NCBI GenBank assembly: GCA_964016885.1
Contig: OZ024745.1
Span: 33,666,001 to 33,730,000, forward strand
DNA from: Eledone cirrhosa
Taxonomy: Eukaryota
DNA: 64,000 bases
Direction of reading: 5' to 3'
Position numbers and translations under genes: made by a program. Positions within the stretch are counted from its first letter, which is position 1, and each line of letters begins with the position of its first letter. The notes beneath the pieces are model-generated. The model did no database searches and was not told where the DNA came from. It saw only the letters and a program-made list of their open reading frames with translations. Positions 24,806-37,827 of this stretch are shown piece after piece.

Positions 24806-25300
24806 TGGTTTCTTATATAGGCACAAGGCCAGCAATTTTGGGGGTGTGGAAAGTCGATTAAATCGACCCAGTGCGTGACTGGTACTTTATTTTATCGACC
24901 CCGTAAGGATGAAAGGTAAAGTTAACCTCGGTGGGATTTGAACTCAGATCATAAAGGGCTGTAACTCCATGCTACAAAGCATGGTGTCCGACCCTCTACT
25001 GATACTGTCAATCCACTGCCCTAATATAATATATAAAATAAATAATATCAAAATCTTATAGATTTGATATTATGTGAGATAATAAAGTGCTTACTGTGAA
25101 AATACAATAGTAAATATAGAGTAATGTAAATACTTGTTTCTACTTTTGGCCCATGCCAGCAATTACCCAGTGCATTACTGGTACTTTGTTTTATCGACCC
25201 CGTAAGGATGAAAGGCAAAGTTAACCTCGGCGGGATTTGAACTCAGTCCATAAAGGGGCGTAACTATGCTGCAAAGTATAGCATCCGACCCTAATCCACC
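24806..25300 (-). mobile_element. Two tRNA-derived SINE copies (24806-25022, 25134-25300)
   Basis: Match to the main SINE family. Confidence 0.8.
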
Positions 25301-26499
25301 AATAGAGTAATGTAAATACTAAAGGGTTGCGGTAGATTCAATGTGATGCAGTGTGTAACAAGGCTGGTTTTTGATTTACAGGGACAGTCCTTCCATTGGA
25401 CTTCTAAACAGCTTCCATCTGCCCAATTTTTATCACAAGGCATGTGTTGACCTGATGCTATGGTAAATGACACTTGCCTATATGACACACTGGGATCAAA
25501 CCTGAGACAATGATTGAGAAGCAAACTTCTTAACCATATAGATGAACTTTTGCAATTTCCATATAAGTTGGTCCACCTCAAGCTTTAGTAGAAGACATTT
25601 ACCCTAGTTGCCATGCAGTGGGACTTAACTGGAAACCATATGGTTGTGAAGCAAACTCCTTAACTTCAAAACCAAATCTGTGTATGTTGAAGAAACAGAT
25701 TTTAGTCGTTAGATAGTCAAAGTATCTTTTGCTGTTTTTTTTTTTGTACAATCAAACATGGTGTTCCAATCTAATCCAATCCAGAGTCTTCTCATTCCTG
25801 TTGGAGGAACTCCTCCCTGGTTGACCTCCTCCACTTTCTGTTTCGTTTTGGTCATGTCAGGGGTGTAACTGAACTAATCATGCTTAGCCAATTGAGGTTA
25901 GTGAGGCTATTTCACCCATAGTTGGGGTGAATGGCAATTGACTTCAAAGAGTTCATCTGCCCCTTTTAACAGCTCTTGTTTTTTGTGCTGCTGGGGTTTC
26001 ATTTACCCTCCTCACCAGACCAAGGTCTTGTGGAGGAATTAGCTTAGTTGTCCACCATTCGACCACGAAGCAGTTACATGGTACCTGTAGCAGGCAGAAG
26101 TCTGACTTACATACAAACATGGTTCTATTCAGTGTAAAATAGGCCAACAATGCAAAATACCAGACTTTAAATGTCAAACAACTGCTGAAAATACCTGATT
26201 GTAGAAATAATAATAATGACAACAATGATGATAATGATGAAATTAAAAACAATAATAATAATGATGATGATGATATTGATTTTCAATAATGGTTTCTTTA
26301 TGTAATTATTTTTCTTTTATTCAATTATTGTTGATTCATTTCTTTTAATAACAATGATTAATCTGCCATTTTCTGTTCATCTTATAATAATGGTAATTTT
26401 GTCTGACACCTCTTTTTTGCATCCCTGCTTCCTTTCATCTCCAAATTTACTTGTTCATTTATATTTCATCATCTGATCTCTCTGAAAACATTCAAACAC

Positions 26500-28650
26500 T
26501 TAGTCGAAGGTAGTATAATAAGTAAGGCAATCAAAGATATGAAGACGGGTAAGGCGGCTGGGCCTTCGGAAATAGTTGCTGAGGTGCTGAAAGCCTCCGG
26601 TACGGTGGGACACACCATGGTCACCCGGATGGTAAACCAAGTCATACAGAATGGGGTTGTTCCGAAGGACTGGCGTATCAGCATCATCGTTAACTGTTAT
26701 AAGGGTAAAGGAGACGCCCTAGATAGGAGTAACTATAGAGGCATTAAATTAATCGACCAGGTCATGAAGGTCACGGAAAAAGTAATAGCGCAACTAATCA
26801 GAGAGAGAATTGATCTAGATGAAATGCAGTTCGGGTTTGTGTCAGGCAAAAGTACCACAGACGCTCTTTTCATTGTACGACAACTACAGGAGAAGTACCT
26901 AGCTAAAAGTAAACCCCTATACTTAGCTTTTGTCGACTTGGAGAAAGCCTTCGACAGAGTCCCCCTTCCATTATCTGGTGGGCTCTTAGAAAAGTAGGTG
27001 TTGACGAATGGCTTGTGAGAGCCATACAAGCCATGTATAAAGAAACAGTCAGCAAGGTTAGAATTAACAACGAATATAGTGAAGAGTTTAGCGTAAAAGT
27101 TGGTGTCCATCAGGGCTCTGTTCTTAGCCCCCTACTATTTATTATTGCCCTTCAGGCTATAACAGAGGAGTTCAAGACCGGCTGCCCATGGGAACTCCTA
27201 TACGCAGATGATCTAACGCTCATAGCTGAATCAATGGCCGAGCTAGAGAAGAAATTCCAAACATGGAAGCACGGCCTAGAATCAAAAGGCCTTAAAATTA
27301 ACCTGGCTAAGACTAAAGTTCTAGTTTGTAGGAAAGAAAATAAGGCGCCGGTCCCTTCCGGGAAATGGCCATGCTCAGTGTGTAGGAAAGGCGTAGGTAG
27401 AAACTCCATTTTATGTCCCAAATGCAAAGTATGTGTGCATAAAAGATGTAGTGGGATCACAGGTAAGCTAACTAAGAACACAGATTTTACATGTGGCCGG
27501 TGCTCTGGTGCAATAAGTAGCAGCAAGTGCCCACAAAATACTAACTCTTTCAATTGTGCAGAGGGTTCTATAGAAATAGTGGACAGCTTCCGTTACCTGG
27601 GTGACAAAATCAGCAGTGGGGGAGGGTGCTCTGAAAGTACAGTAGCTAGAGTCAGAACTGGATGGAAAAAGTTCAGAGAGCTTATACCACTATTAGCCGC
27701 TAAAGGGTTCTCCCTAAAAATGAAAGGCAGGTTGTATGATGCCTGCATACGAACAGCAATGTTGCATGGCAGTGAGACCTGGGAATTGTGTGCAGAGGAT
27801 ATACGCAGACTAGAGAGGAACGAAGCTTGCATGCTCCGCTGGATGTGTAATAGTAATATACGCGAACGGCAAAGCATAAACGAACTAAGGAAAAAATTAG
27901 AAATAAGAGGGATCAGATGTTGTTTACTCGAGAGAAGGCTACGTTGGTATGGTCACGTGATGCGCATGAAAGACGACAGCTGTATAACAAAGTGCAGGGT
28001 AATAAAGATAGATGGTAGCCACAGAGTAGGCAGACCCAGGAAAACCTGGGACAAGCTGATAAATTCCGACCTCACACACTTACACCTCTCCAAGACAATG
28101 TCACTGGACCGAGACCTTTGGCGGTACTCAGTAACAGAGAAGACCCGCCTTACCTAAATACAAAGTAAAACCTACTAGTTAGTAGGCATCTCTAACAAAA
28201 TACACCCCTGTCCCACCCCATCCACACCGCCCCCTTCAATGCAAAGTTATTTTGGTGCCACAACATCCAGGCCGAAACAAACGAGATCGTGTAGGTGTCA
28301 CGACAAAAAAACACACAGTCCACGCTGTAACGTGGCCGTGTAGGCAACACGGTAAAAACCTCCCAGTCCCACACTGTAAATGTGGTTGGTGTTAGGAAGG
28401 GCATCCAGCTGTAGAAAACACGCCAGACAGTCCACGCTGTAATGTGGCCGTGTAGGCAACACGGTAAAAACTCCCAGCCCCACACTGTAAATGTGGTTGG
28501 TGTTAGGAAGGGCATCCAGCTGTAGAAAACCCGCCAGACAGTCCTATGCGAGCAAGACAACCACTCTTGCCTCAAGTGGGAAAACCCCCGTCCAAACCCA
28601 TGCAAGCGTGGAACAGGGACGTTAAACGATGATGATGATGATGATGATGA
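26500..28650 (+). mobile_element. RTE LINE, 5'-truncated (RT with PHD finger, 3' UTR, (GAT)n tail)
   Basis: ORFs 26539-26997 and 27015-28157 are joined by a 1-nt frameshift. Motifs NYRGIKL, FVDLEKAFD, GVHQGSVLSP, YADD, FRYLG. The 3' UTR has a ~117-bp tandem duplication. Confidence 0.95.
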
Positions 28651-28677
28651 CTTCTTTTCTTTTTTGTTCCTATAAGT

Positions 28678-31600
28678 TGTCTTTCTTATATATTTTATAC
28701 AAGCTAACCTTACATAACTTATACTGCCTTGTCACTGTCTTTCTTATGTATTTTATACAAGCTAACCTTACATAACTTATACTGCCTTGTCACTGTCTTT
28801 CTTATGTATTTTATACAAGCTAACCTTACATAACTTATACTGCCTTGTCACTGTCTTTCTTATGTATTTTATACAAGCTAACCTTACATAACTTATACTG
28901 CCTTGTCACTGTCTTTCTTATGTATTTTATACAAGCTAACCTTACATAACTTATACTGCCTTGTCACTGTCTTTCTTATGTATTTTATACAGGTTAACCT
29001 TACATAACTTATACTGCCTTGTCATTGTCTTATGTATTTTATACAAGCTAACCTTACATAACTTATACTGCCTTGTCACTGTCTTTCTTATGTATTTTAT
29101 ACAGGTTAACCTTACATAACTTATACTGCCTTGTCATTGTCTTATGTATTTTATACAAGCTAACCTTACATAACTTATACTGCCTTGTCACTGTCTTTCT
29201 TATGTATTTTATACAGGTTAACCTTACATAACTTATACTGCCTTGTCATTGTCTTATGTATTTTATACAAGCTAACCTTACATAACTTATACTGCCTTGT
29301 CACTGTCTTTCTTATGTATTTTATACAGGTTAACCTTACATAACTTATACTGCCTTGTCATTGTCTTATGTATTTTATACAAGCTAACCTTACATAACTT
29401 ATACTGCCTTGTCACTGTCTTTCTTATGTATTTTATACAGGTTAACCTTACATAACTTATACTGCCTTGTCATTGTCTTATGTATTTTATACAAGCTAAC
29501 CTTACATAACTTATACTGCCTTGTCACTGTCTTTCTTATGTATTTTATACAAGTTAACCTTACATAACTTATACTGCCTTGTCATTGTCTTATGTATTTT
29601 ATACAAGCTAACCTTACATAACTTATACTGCCTTGTCATTGTCTTATGTATTTTATACAGGTTAACCTTACATAACTTATACTGCCTTGTCATTGTCTTA
29701 TGTATTTTATACAGGTTAACCTTACATAACTTATACTGCCTTGTCATTGTCTTATGTATTTTATACAAGCTAACCTTACATAACTTATACTGCCTTGTCA
29801 CTGTCTTTCTTATGTATTTTATACAGGTTAACCTTACATAACTTATACTGCCTTGTCATTGTCTTATGTATTTTATACAGGTTAACCTTACATAACTTAT
29901 ACTGCCTTGTCATTGTCTTATGTATTTTATACAAGCTAACCTTACATAACTTATACTGCCTTGTCATTGTCTTATGTATTTTATACAGGTTAACCTTACA
30001 TAACTTATACTGCCTTGTCATTGTCTTATGTATTTTATACAAGTTAACCTTACATAACTTATACTGCCTTGTGACTGTCTTTCTTATGTATTTTATACAG
30101 GTTAACCTTACATAACTTATACTGCCTTGTCATTGTCTTATGTATTTTATACAAGTTAACCTTACATAACTTATACTGCCTTGTCACTGTCTTTCTTATG
30201 TATTTTATACAGGTTAACCTTACATAACGTATACTGCCTTGTCACTGTCTTTCTTATGTATTTTATACAAGCTAACCTTACATAACTTATACTGCCTTGT
30301 CACTGTCTTTCTTATGTATTTTATACAAGCTAACCTTACATAACTTATACTGCCTTGTCACTGTCTTATGTATTTTATACAAGTTAACCTTACATAACGT
30401 ATACTGCCTTGTCACTGTCTTTCTTATGTATTTTATACAAGCTAACCTTACATAACTTATACTGCCTTGTCACTGTCTTTCTTATGTATTTTATACAAGC
30501 TAACCTTACATAACTTATACTGCCTTGTCACTGTCTTTCTTATGTATTTTATACAGGTTAACCTTACATAACTTATACTGCCTTGTCATTGTCTTATGTA
30601 TTTTATACAGGTTAACCTTACATAACTTATACTGCCTTGTCATTGTCTTATGTATTTTATACAGGTTAACCTTACATAACTTATACTGCCTTGTCACTGT
30701 CTTATGTATTTTATACAAGCTAACCTTACATAACTTATACTGCCTTGTCACTGTCTTTCTTATGTATTTTATACAAGTTAACCTTACATAACTTATACTG
30801 CCTTGTCATTGTCTTATGTATTTTATACAGGTTAACCTTACATAACTTATACTGCCTTGTCATTGTCTTATGTATTTTATACAGGTTAACCTTACATAAC
30901 TTATACTGCCTTGTCACTGTCTTTCTTATGTATTTTATACAAGTTAACCTTACATAACTTATACTGCCTTGTCATTGTCTTATGTATTTTATACAGGTTA
31001 ACCTTACATAACTTATACTGCCTTGTCATTGTCTTATGTATTTTATACAGGTTAACCTTACATAACTTATACTGCCTTGTCACTGTCTTTCTTATGTATT
31101 TTATACAAGCTAACCTTACATAACTTATACTGCCTTGTCACTGTCTTTCTTATGTATTTTATACAAGTTAACCTTACATAACTTATACTGCCTTGTCATT
31201 GTCTTATGTATTTTATACAAGCTAACCTTACATAACTTATACTGCCTTGTCATTGTCTTATGTATTTTATACAAGCTAACCTTACATAACTTATACTGCC
31301 TTGTCACTGTCTTTCTTATGTATTTTATACAAGTTAACCTTACATAACTTATACTGCCTTGTCACTGTCTTTCTTATGTATTTTATACAAGCTAACCTTA
31401 CATAACTTATACTGCCTTGTCACTGTCTTTCTTATGTATTTTATACAAGCTAACCTTACATAACTTATACTGCCTTGTCACTGTCTTTCTTATGTATTTT
31501 ATACAAGTTAACCTTACATAACTTATACTGCCTTGTCATTGTCTTATGTATTTTATACAGGTTAACCTTACATAACTTATACTGCCTTGTCATTGTCTTA

Positions 31601-32260
31601 TGTATTTTATACAGGTTAACCTTACATAACTTATACTGCCTTGTCACTGTCTTATGTATTTTATACAGGTTAACCTTACATAACTTATACTGCCTTGTCA
31701 TTGTCTTATGTATTTTATACAGGTTAACCTTACATAACTTATACTGCCTTGTCATTGTCTTATGTATTTTATACAGGTTAACCTTACATAACTTATACTG
31801 CCTTGTCATTGTCTTATGTATTTTATACAAGCTAACCTTACATAACTTATACTGCCTTGTCACTGTCTTTCTTATGTATTTTATACAAGTTAACCTTACA
31901 TAACTTATACTGTCTTGTCATTGTCTTATGTATTTTATACAAGTTAACCTTACATAACTTATACTGCCTTGTCACTGTCTTTCTTATGTATTTTATACAG
32001 GTTAACCTTACATAACTTATACTGCCTTGTCATTGTCTTATGTATTTTATACAGGTTAACCTTACATAACTTATACTGCCTTGTCATTGTCTTATGTATT
32101 TTATACAGGTTAACCTTACATAACTTATACTGCCTTGTCATTGTCTTTCTTATGTATTTTATACAAGTTAACCTTACATAACTTATACTGCCTTGTCACT
32201 GTCTTTCTTATGTATTTTATACAAGTTAACCTTACATAACTTATACTGCCTTGTCACTGT
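28678..32260. repeat. Tandem satellite array of 58- and 54-bp units (~64 copies)
   Basis: Unit cttatgtattttataca(a/g)g(c/t)taaccttacataacttatactgccttgtca(c/t)tgt[cttt]. Confidence 0.98.
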
Positions 32261-33653
32261 CATATGTAGCTTACTGGGTTGGGAATGAAGCATGGCCAAA
32301 TACTTAAGACGTTTGCTTTACAATCATAAGGTCCCAGGTTTGATCCCAATACACTGCATCTTGGGTAGGTGTCATTTACCATAGCCTCAGGTTGACCTGA
32401 TCCTTCTGAGTGAAATTGGGTAGACAGAAACTGTTTGGAAGCCTTTTTGATGAATTCGTCTTGCAATTCAACAGAGATCCATGCCATTCTTCTTACTAAA
32501 GGCTGTCTGTTTTACATATTTTATATAATTTAACTTTTTAACACAGTCTGATACTGTCTTGTTACTGTTTGTCTTATATATTGTCTTGTCACAGTATCTT
32601 GTCTTATTACTTATATCCCTTATGTTGTCCTATTACAGTGGGTTGTATAATATATAGTTAAAGAACACAACTGGGCACCTGTTTTAAGATATTCACATTT
32701 TTTTTTACAATATGGAGAATGTGTTCAGAGTTTATGTCAACTTGTGTATTGTATATAGGGCTAATGGAGCACAAGGGCATAATGTTCATGGGGAGACTGA
32801 GTATCTAAGATCAAATGAACAGGGTATTCCAGAGAACTTTCAGGCCAGGGTTTATGGGCAACTTTCAGAAACCCCTGGTCTGGCAGTAGTACCAGGGAGT
32901 AGTGCTGGTTTGGAATAAGCTCTACATGGTTGTGGCACTAGCTATGCCTGTTCAAGATATGTACAGGGCAAGGGTGAACTGTTATTTTCTGCATTTGAGC
33001 AACCTACATCTATAAATTTATTTCTTCAGCACTTCGTAAGTTTGAATGTTCAAGCTTCACACACAATGTTGGTTTAAATTATTATTATTATTTAAAAAAA
33101 AAAAAAAAAATTATAATTATTTTGAGTTCAAATCCCATTGGGGTCAACTTTGACTCTCAGGCTTCCCAGTGGGTGATACAATAAAGTATCTGTCAAGTAA
33201 TGGGGTTGATCCAATTAACTTACCCTCGAAAACTGTTGGTCCTATGACTAAATTAGAAACCATTATTAATTTTACATCTGTTTTCTATGATGGCATGGTT
33301 TGTATCCTTCTGGTCAAAAACTAGCTGGGTCGGTGAGTCACATCTTGTTTGTATGTTCTATATTTTGACATGGTTTTTACAACTGAACGCTCTTCCAAAC
33401 TCCAACCAGTTTACAGAGTGTAGTCACAACATTTATTGTGGTACCTTCCCTACCACTTTACAGAGTCTACTGGGTGCATTTTATCAAAACACCAGAATAT
33501 CAATATTACTGCTTTGATAATTTCATATGACTATATACTGCATCACCTAGTGTACCTCTGTGTCCCTGAGGTGAGTGTAGTATTGCGTTCTTGTTCTTAT
33601 TTTTGTGGGGTGTGAGTGAGTGTACATGCTTCCTGTTAGCTTAATTATTTTAA

Positions 33654-34529
33654 CTAGCAGAAAAAACACCCTTCGGGTGGTTTTCTGCTAGCATCTGTAG
33701 TGTGTATATTGATGTTAAACGCAAGTATATATGCATGTAGATATGATACATCAAATAAAATTGTAATTGACAATATACACAGAAATTGAACAAAGACTGC
33801 GTTACACTGTCTTATGTAATCAGTAACTTAATTCATGATACATTAAAAAAAGATGATATTATATATAAACTGCATTAGGAGAAAATTAGTGACGGAAATA
33901 TATGAATGTTTATTTAAGTCATCGCTAACCGGAAGTGTTGACATTTGAAAATTTTAAAGAAGTGAATCTTAAAATAAGTAATAAAATATATTTAATGAAC
34001 AGCCACAAAATTTAGCAGATAAATTATGTAATATTCATTTATTATTTATTCGGTGGATTGGCAGTATCGGTAGAGGGTCAGACGCCATGCTTTCCAGCAT
34101 AGTTACGTCCCTTTACGATCTGAGTTCAAATCCCGCAGAGGTTGATTTTGCCTTTCATCCTTACGGGGGTCGATAAAATAAAGTACCAGTAATGCACTGG
34201 GTAATTGCTGGCCTTGTGCCTAAAGTAGAAACAATTATTTATTCAAAGTAATGATGGAAGTGGATTGGCAGTATCGGTACAGGGTTGGACGCCATGCTTT
34301 GACGCATAGAGTTATGGCCCTTGCCATTCTGAGTTCAAATCCTGCCGAGGTTAACTTTCCTTACGGGGGTCGATAAAATAAAGTACCAGTAATGTAGTGG
34401 GTAATTGCTGGCCTTGTGCCAAAAGTAGAAACAATTATATATTCAAAGTAATCTAACTTATTTTACAAACGGGATAAAAATATATATTCTGGATGCAGTC
34501 CCTCACTCCTTACTTTATTATAGTTTAGA
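33654..34529 (-). mobile_element. Non-autonomous Helitron with two nested SINEs (34052-34237, 34259-34438)
   Basis: Minus strand: A|TCTAAACTATAATAAAG ... CTAGCAGAAAACCACCCGAAGGGTGTTTTTTCTGCTAG|T (terminal hairpin and CTAG). Confidence 0.82.
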
Positions 34530-35229
34530 TCATCGTTAGGGTACTGGAGTGGCAGAATTGTTAGAGCATTAAACAAGATATTTTGCAGCATTTATTCCAG
34601 ATCTTTGTTTTGTATTCAAATCATGCTGAGGTCAGCTTTGCCTTCCAACCTTCTGGGGGTTTAATAAAATTAAGTACCTGTCTAGTACTGGGGTTAATTT
34701 AATTGACTTTCCTCTCCTCCAAAATCACTGGGCTTGTACCTAGTGCCTAATAGCTTGTGCCTAATAATAATTGTTTCTACATTTGGCACAAGACCAGCAA
34801 TTGAAAGGTAGGGGAAAGTCAATTAAATCGACACCAGTGCGTTACTGGTATTTTATTTTATCGATCCCGGTAAGTATGAGCAAAGCTAACCTCGGCAGAA
34901 ATAATAATAATGCTAATAATAATAACAATAACAACAATAACAGTTTCTGCATCTATTTTCTCTGCACAGTGGTACAAAATAGTTTATAGGCTGGTTGACT
35001 AGCTGGTTGATTGGCGAGTTGTTGCATCAAGCAAGAGCAAATATGAAATCCATAAACGGTTGATATATATAGTTTTACAGCTTTTATTTATGTTTGCTCG
35101 TGATGCTAATGTAATAATTATGTCGTAAATGTGAATATGAGAGTAGTGTTATGATAAAACATAGTGGTATCTTTCTGGTCTTGTACACACTCCACAGAGG
35201 TAGGAGTGAGCAGAAATATGGAGGTATTT

Positions 35230-35235
<6 letters not shown>

Positions 35236-35285
<50 letters not shown>

Positions 35286-35385
35286 GGAGAGAAAGAGAGA
35301 AGGTGGAGAGAGAGAGAGAGAAGGTGGAGAGAGAGAGGGGGGAGAGAGAGAGAGAAGGTGGAGAGAGAGAGAAAGAAAGAGAGAA
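35236..35385. repeat. (GA)n microsatellite
   Basis: Seen directly in the sequence. Confidence 0.95.
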
Positions 35386-35409
35386 ATAGTTATGATGATG
35401 ATGGTAACA

Positions 35410-35860
35410 CTACTACAGCCACATGGTGATGATCATACTACTACAGCCACATGGTGATGATACTACTACAGCCACATGGTGATGATGATACTACTACAGC
35501 CACATGGTGATGATCATACTACTACAGCCACATGGTGATGATATACTACCACAGCCACATGGTGATGATACTACTACAGCCACATGGTGATGATGATTAT
35601 AGTAATGACACTATTAAAGCAACATGATGATGATGATGGTGACACTATTAAAGCCACATGGTGATTAAGACATGATGATGATAAATATATCACTATAGCC
35701 ACATGAGGGGACATTGAGGATGATATTGTAGCCACATGATGATGATATTGCTATGGTCACATGATGTCGATGATACTACAGCTACATGTAGTGATGATAA
35801 TAGTAATGGCACTACATGGTATTGATGATGTTGAAGATTCTATTACAACCACATGGTGAT
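35410..35860. repeat. ~27-30-bp minisatellite (tactacagccacatggtgatga...) decaying to the right
   Basis: About 6 clean copies at 35410-35600, followed by degenerate copies. Confidence 0.85.
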
Positions 35861-36639
35861 GCTAATGTTTTTTACATCGTTAAACAATACTTGCATAAAA
35901 AAGCCCAATACACCCCTTCCCTAAAAAAAATTGTTCTATATGAATGATCTGCAATTAATGCTTTCATTACCATATTTCTAATGAAAAGCACTACTTATGA
36001 CTTTCAAATTTTGAAAATAATTAAGAATTTGGAAAGATTTAGTAATATAACCAATTTTCTCATTGTTCATCTGGTATTTGGAGCATAACTAAGGTTCTTA
36101 CATAAAATTATGATGGAAGCTGTTGTTTTTTAGATAAATAACCTCCAAAACGATGTTGATAAACATTTCAAAACAAAGTTATATATTATAGACCCACAGG
36201 CAGTTTCATGTAGCTTGGTATCAAAGGAAATAAAAAACCTCTGGCCCACAGATGCACTGTCTCCTCACTCAACCTATTTTATCATTACAACAATGGCCTC
36301 TTCTCCTCTGAACTAACAAGTTACATCCCACCTCCATACAGAGCCATCTGCTTCTCCTCTTCTCATTTACACTTTTGATACCAACCTGCCTAAATCTGCT
36401 CCTGGTTCTATGGTTTATTCTATTGTTTATTTTATAGTGTATATATTTATCTAAAAGCCTTCAACCATAATTTTATGTAAGAACTTTTCTTAAGTTATGT
36501 TTCAAACACCAACTTAAGAAAGTTAGTTATATTTCTAAATCTCTCCAAATTCTCTATTTTCAAAAATTATTTGAAAATCATTAGCAAAGTCTTTTTACTA
36601 GAACAATCAGTCAAGTATATTATAATTCTTAATACTTAC

Positions 36640-36787
36640 CTTTTTCTGATGCTAAGTCAAGCTTGAGTTCTTTCACCTGTATTTGGTATTTATTCCAGTT
36701 AGGGAAGGTTTCGCTGGACTCTTGCAATGAGTCTGATAAATCTGACATATTTGGGGATAGTTTTTTTAGTGGAGTTCGGTTTTTCTT
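36640..36787 (-). CDS. CCDC171: CCDC171-like, 2nd identified coding exon
   Basis: ttttatttcag| ... AAAG|gtaagt; 148 nt, phase 0 to 1. Encodes KKNRTPLKKLSPNMSDLSDSLQESSETFPNWNKYQIQVKELKLDLASEK; phase fits both neighbours. Confidence 0.7.
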
Positions 36788-37099
36788 CTGAAATAAAAGT
36801 AAACATTTTAATGAGAAAGATAAAATTTTAAAATTTCATGTTATCGGGTGTAACTCCTTTGATGCTGCCCTTATACTACAATATAAAACAGTTTATGTGA
36901 TTGGTGTTAGGAAGGGCATCCAGCTGTAGAAACCAAGCCAGAAATGGTTCTGTGTGAACAAGTCACGGTCATCTGAATTGACTTATCTTCCAACAAGACA
37001 ACCTGTCTAACTCATGCAAGTGTGGAAAATGGATGTTGAATGATGATGATGACTATCTAAAAACCTTCCATTATAATTTATATATAATTATTATATTAT

Positions 37100-37700
37100 G
37101 GCGGTGGATTGGCAGTATCAGTAGAGGGTCGGACGCCATGCTTTAACGCATAGAGTTACGTCCCTTTATGGTCTGAGTTCAAATCCCGCCGAGGTTAACT
37201 TTGCCTTTCATCCTTACGGGGTCGATAAAATAAAGTACCAGTAATACACTAGGTATTTGCTGGCCTTGTGCCAAAAGTAGAAACAATTATAATTTATATA
37301 TTATGATCTGAGTTCAAATCCCGCCGAGGTTAACTTTGCCTTTCATCCTTACGGGGTTGATAAAATGAAGTACCAGTAATACACTAGGTAATTGCTGGCC
37401 TTGTGCCAAAAGTAGAAACAATTATAATTTATATATTATGATCTGAGTTCAAATCCCGCCGAGGTTAACTTTGCCTTTCATCCTTACGGGGTTGATAAAA
37501 TAAAGTACCAGTAATACACTAGGTAATTGCTGGCCTTGTGCCAAAAGTAGAAACAATTATAATTTATATATTATGATCTGAGTTCAAATCCCGCCGAGGT
37601 TGACTTTGCCTTTCATCCTTACGGGGTCGATAAAATGAAGTACCAGTAATGTACTGGATTATGCTGGCCTTGTGCCAAAAGTAGAAACAATTATAATTTA
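37100..37700 (+). repeat. SINE followed by three extra tandem 135-bp copies of its 3' part
   Basis: gatctgagttcaaatc recurs at 37305, 37440 and 37575. Confidence 0.9.
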
Positions 37701-37827
37701 TATAAAACTCTTATGTTACAAACACCAGCTTAATAATGAGAAAGTTAGTTACATTACTAAATCCATTTGAATTCTTAATTATTTAAGTTGTTTTTTAATA
37801 TTATAGGCCATGTTTTTATTAGAAATA

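Noticed and set aside
27152-27877. Antisense ORFs recurring in RTE copies
   Set aside because: Shadow frames of the RT coding strand with no recognisable domain.
28678-32260. CRISPR array or repeat protein (MTRQYKLCKVNLYKIHKT ORFs)
   Set aside because: No unique spacers and no cas genes. The ORFs arise only because the 54-bp unit is a multiple of 3, and they break at every 58-bp unit.
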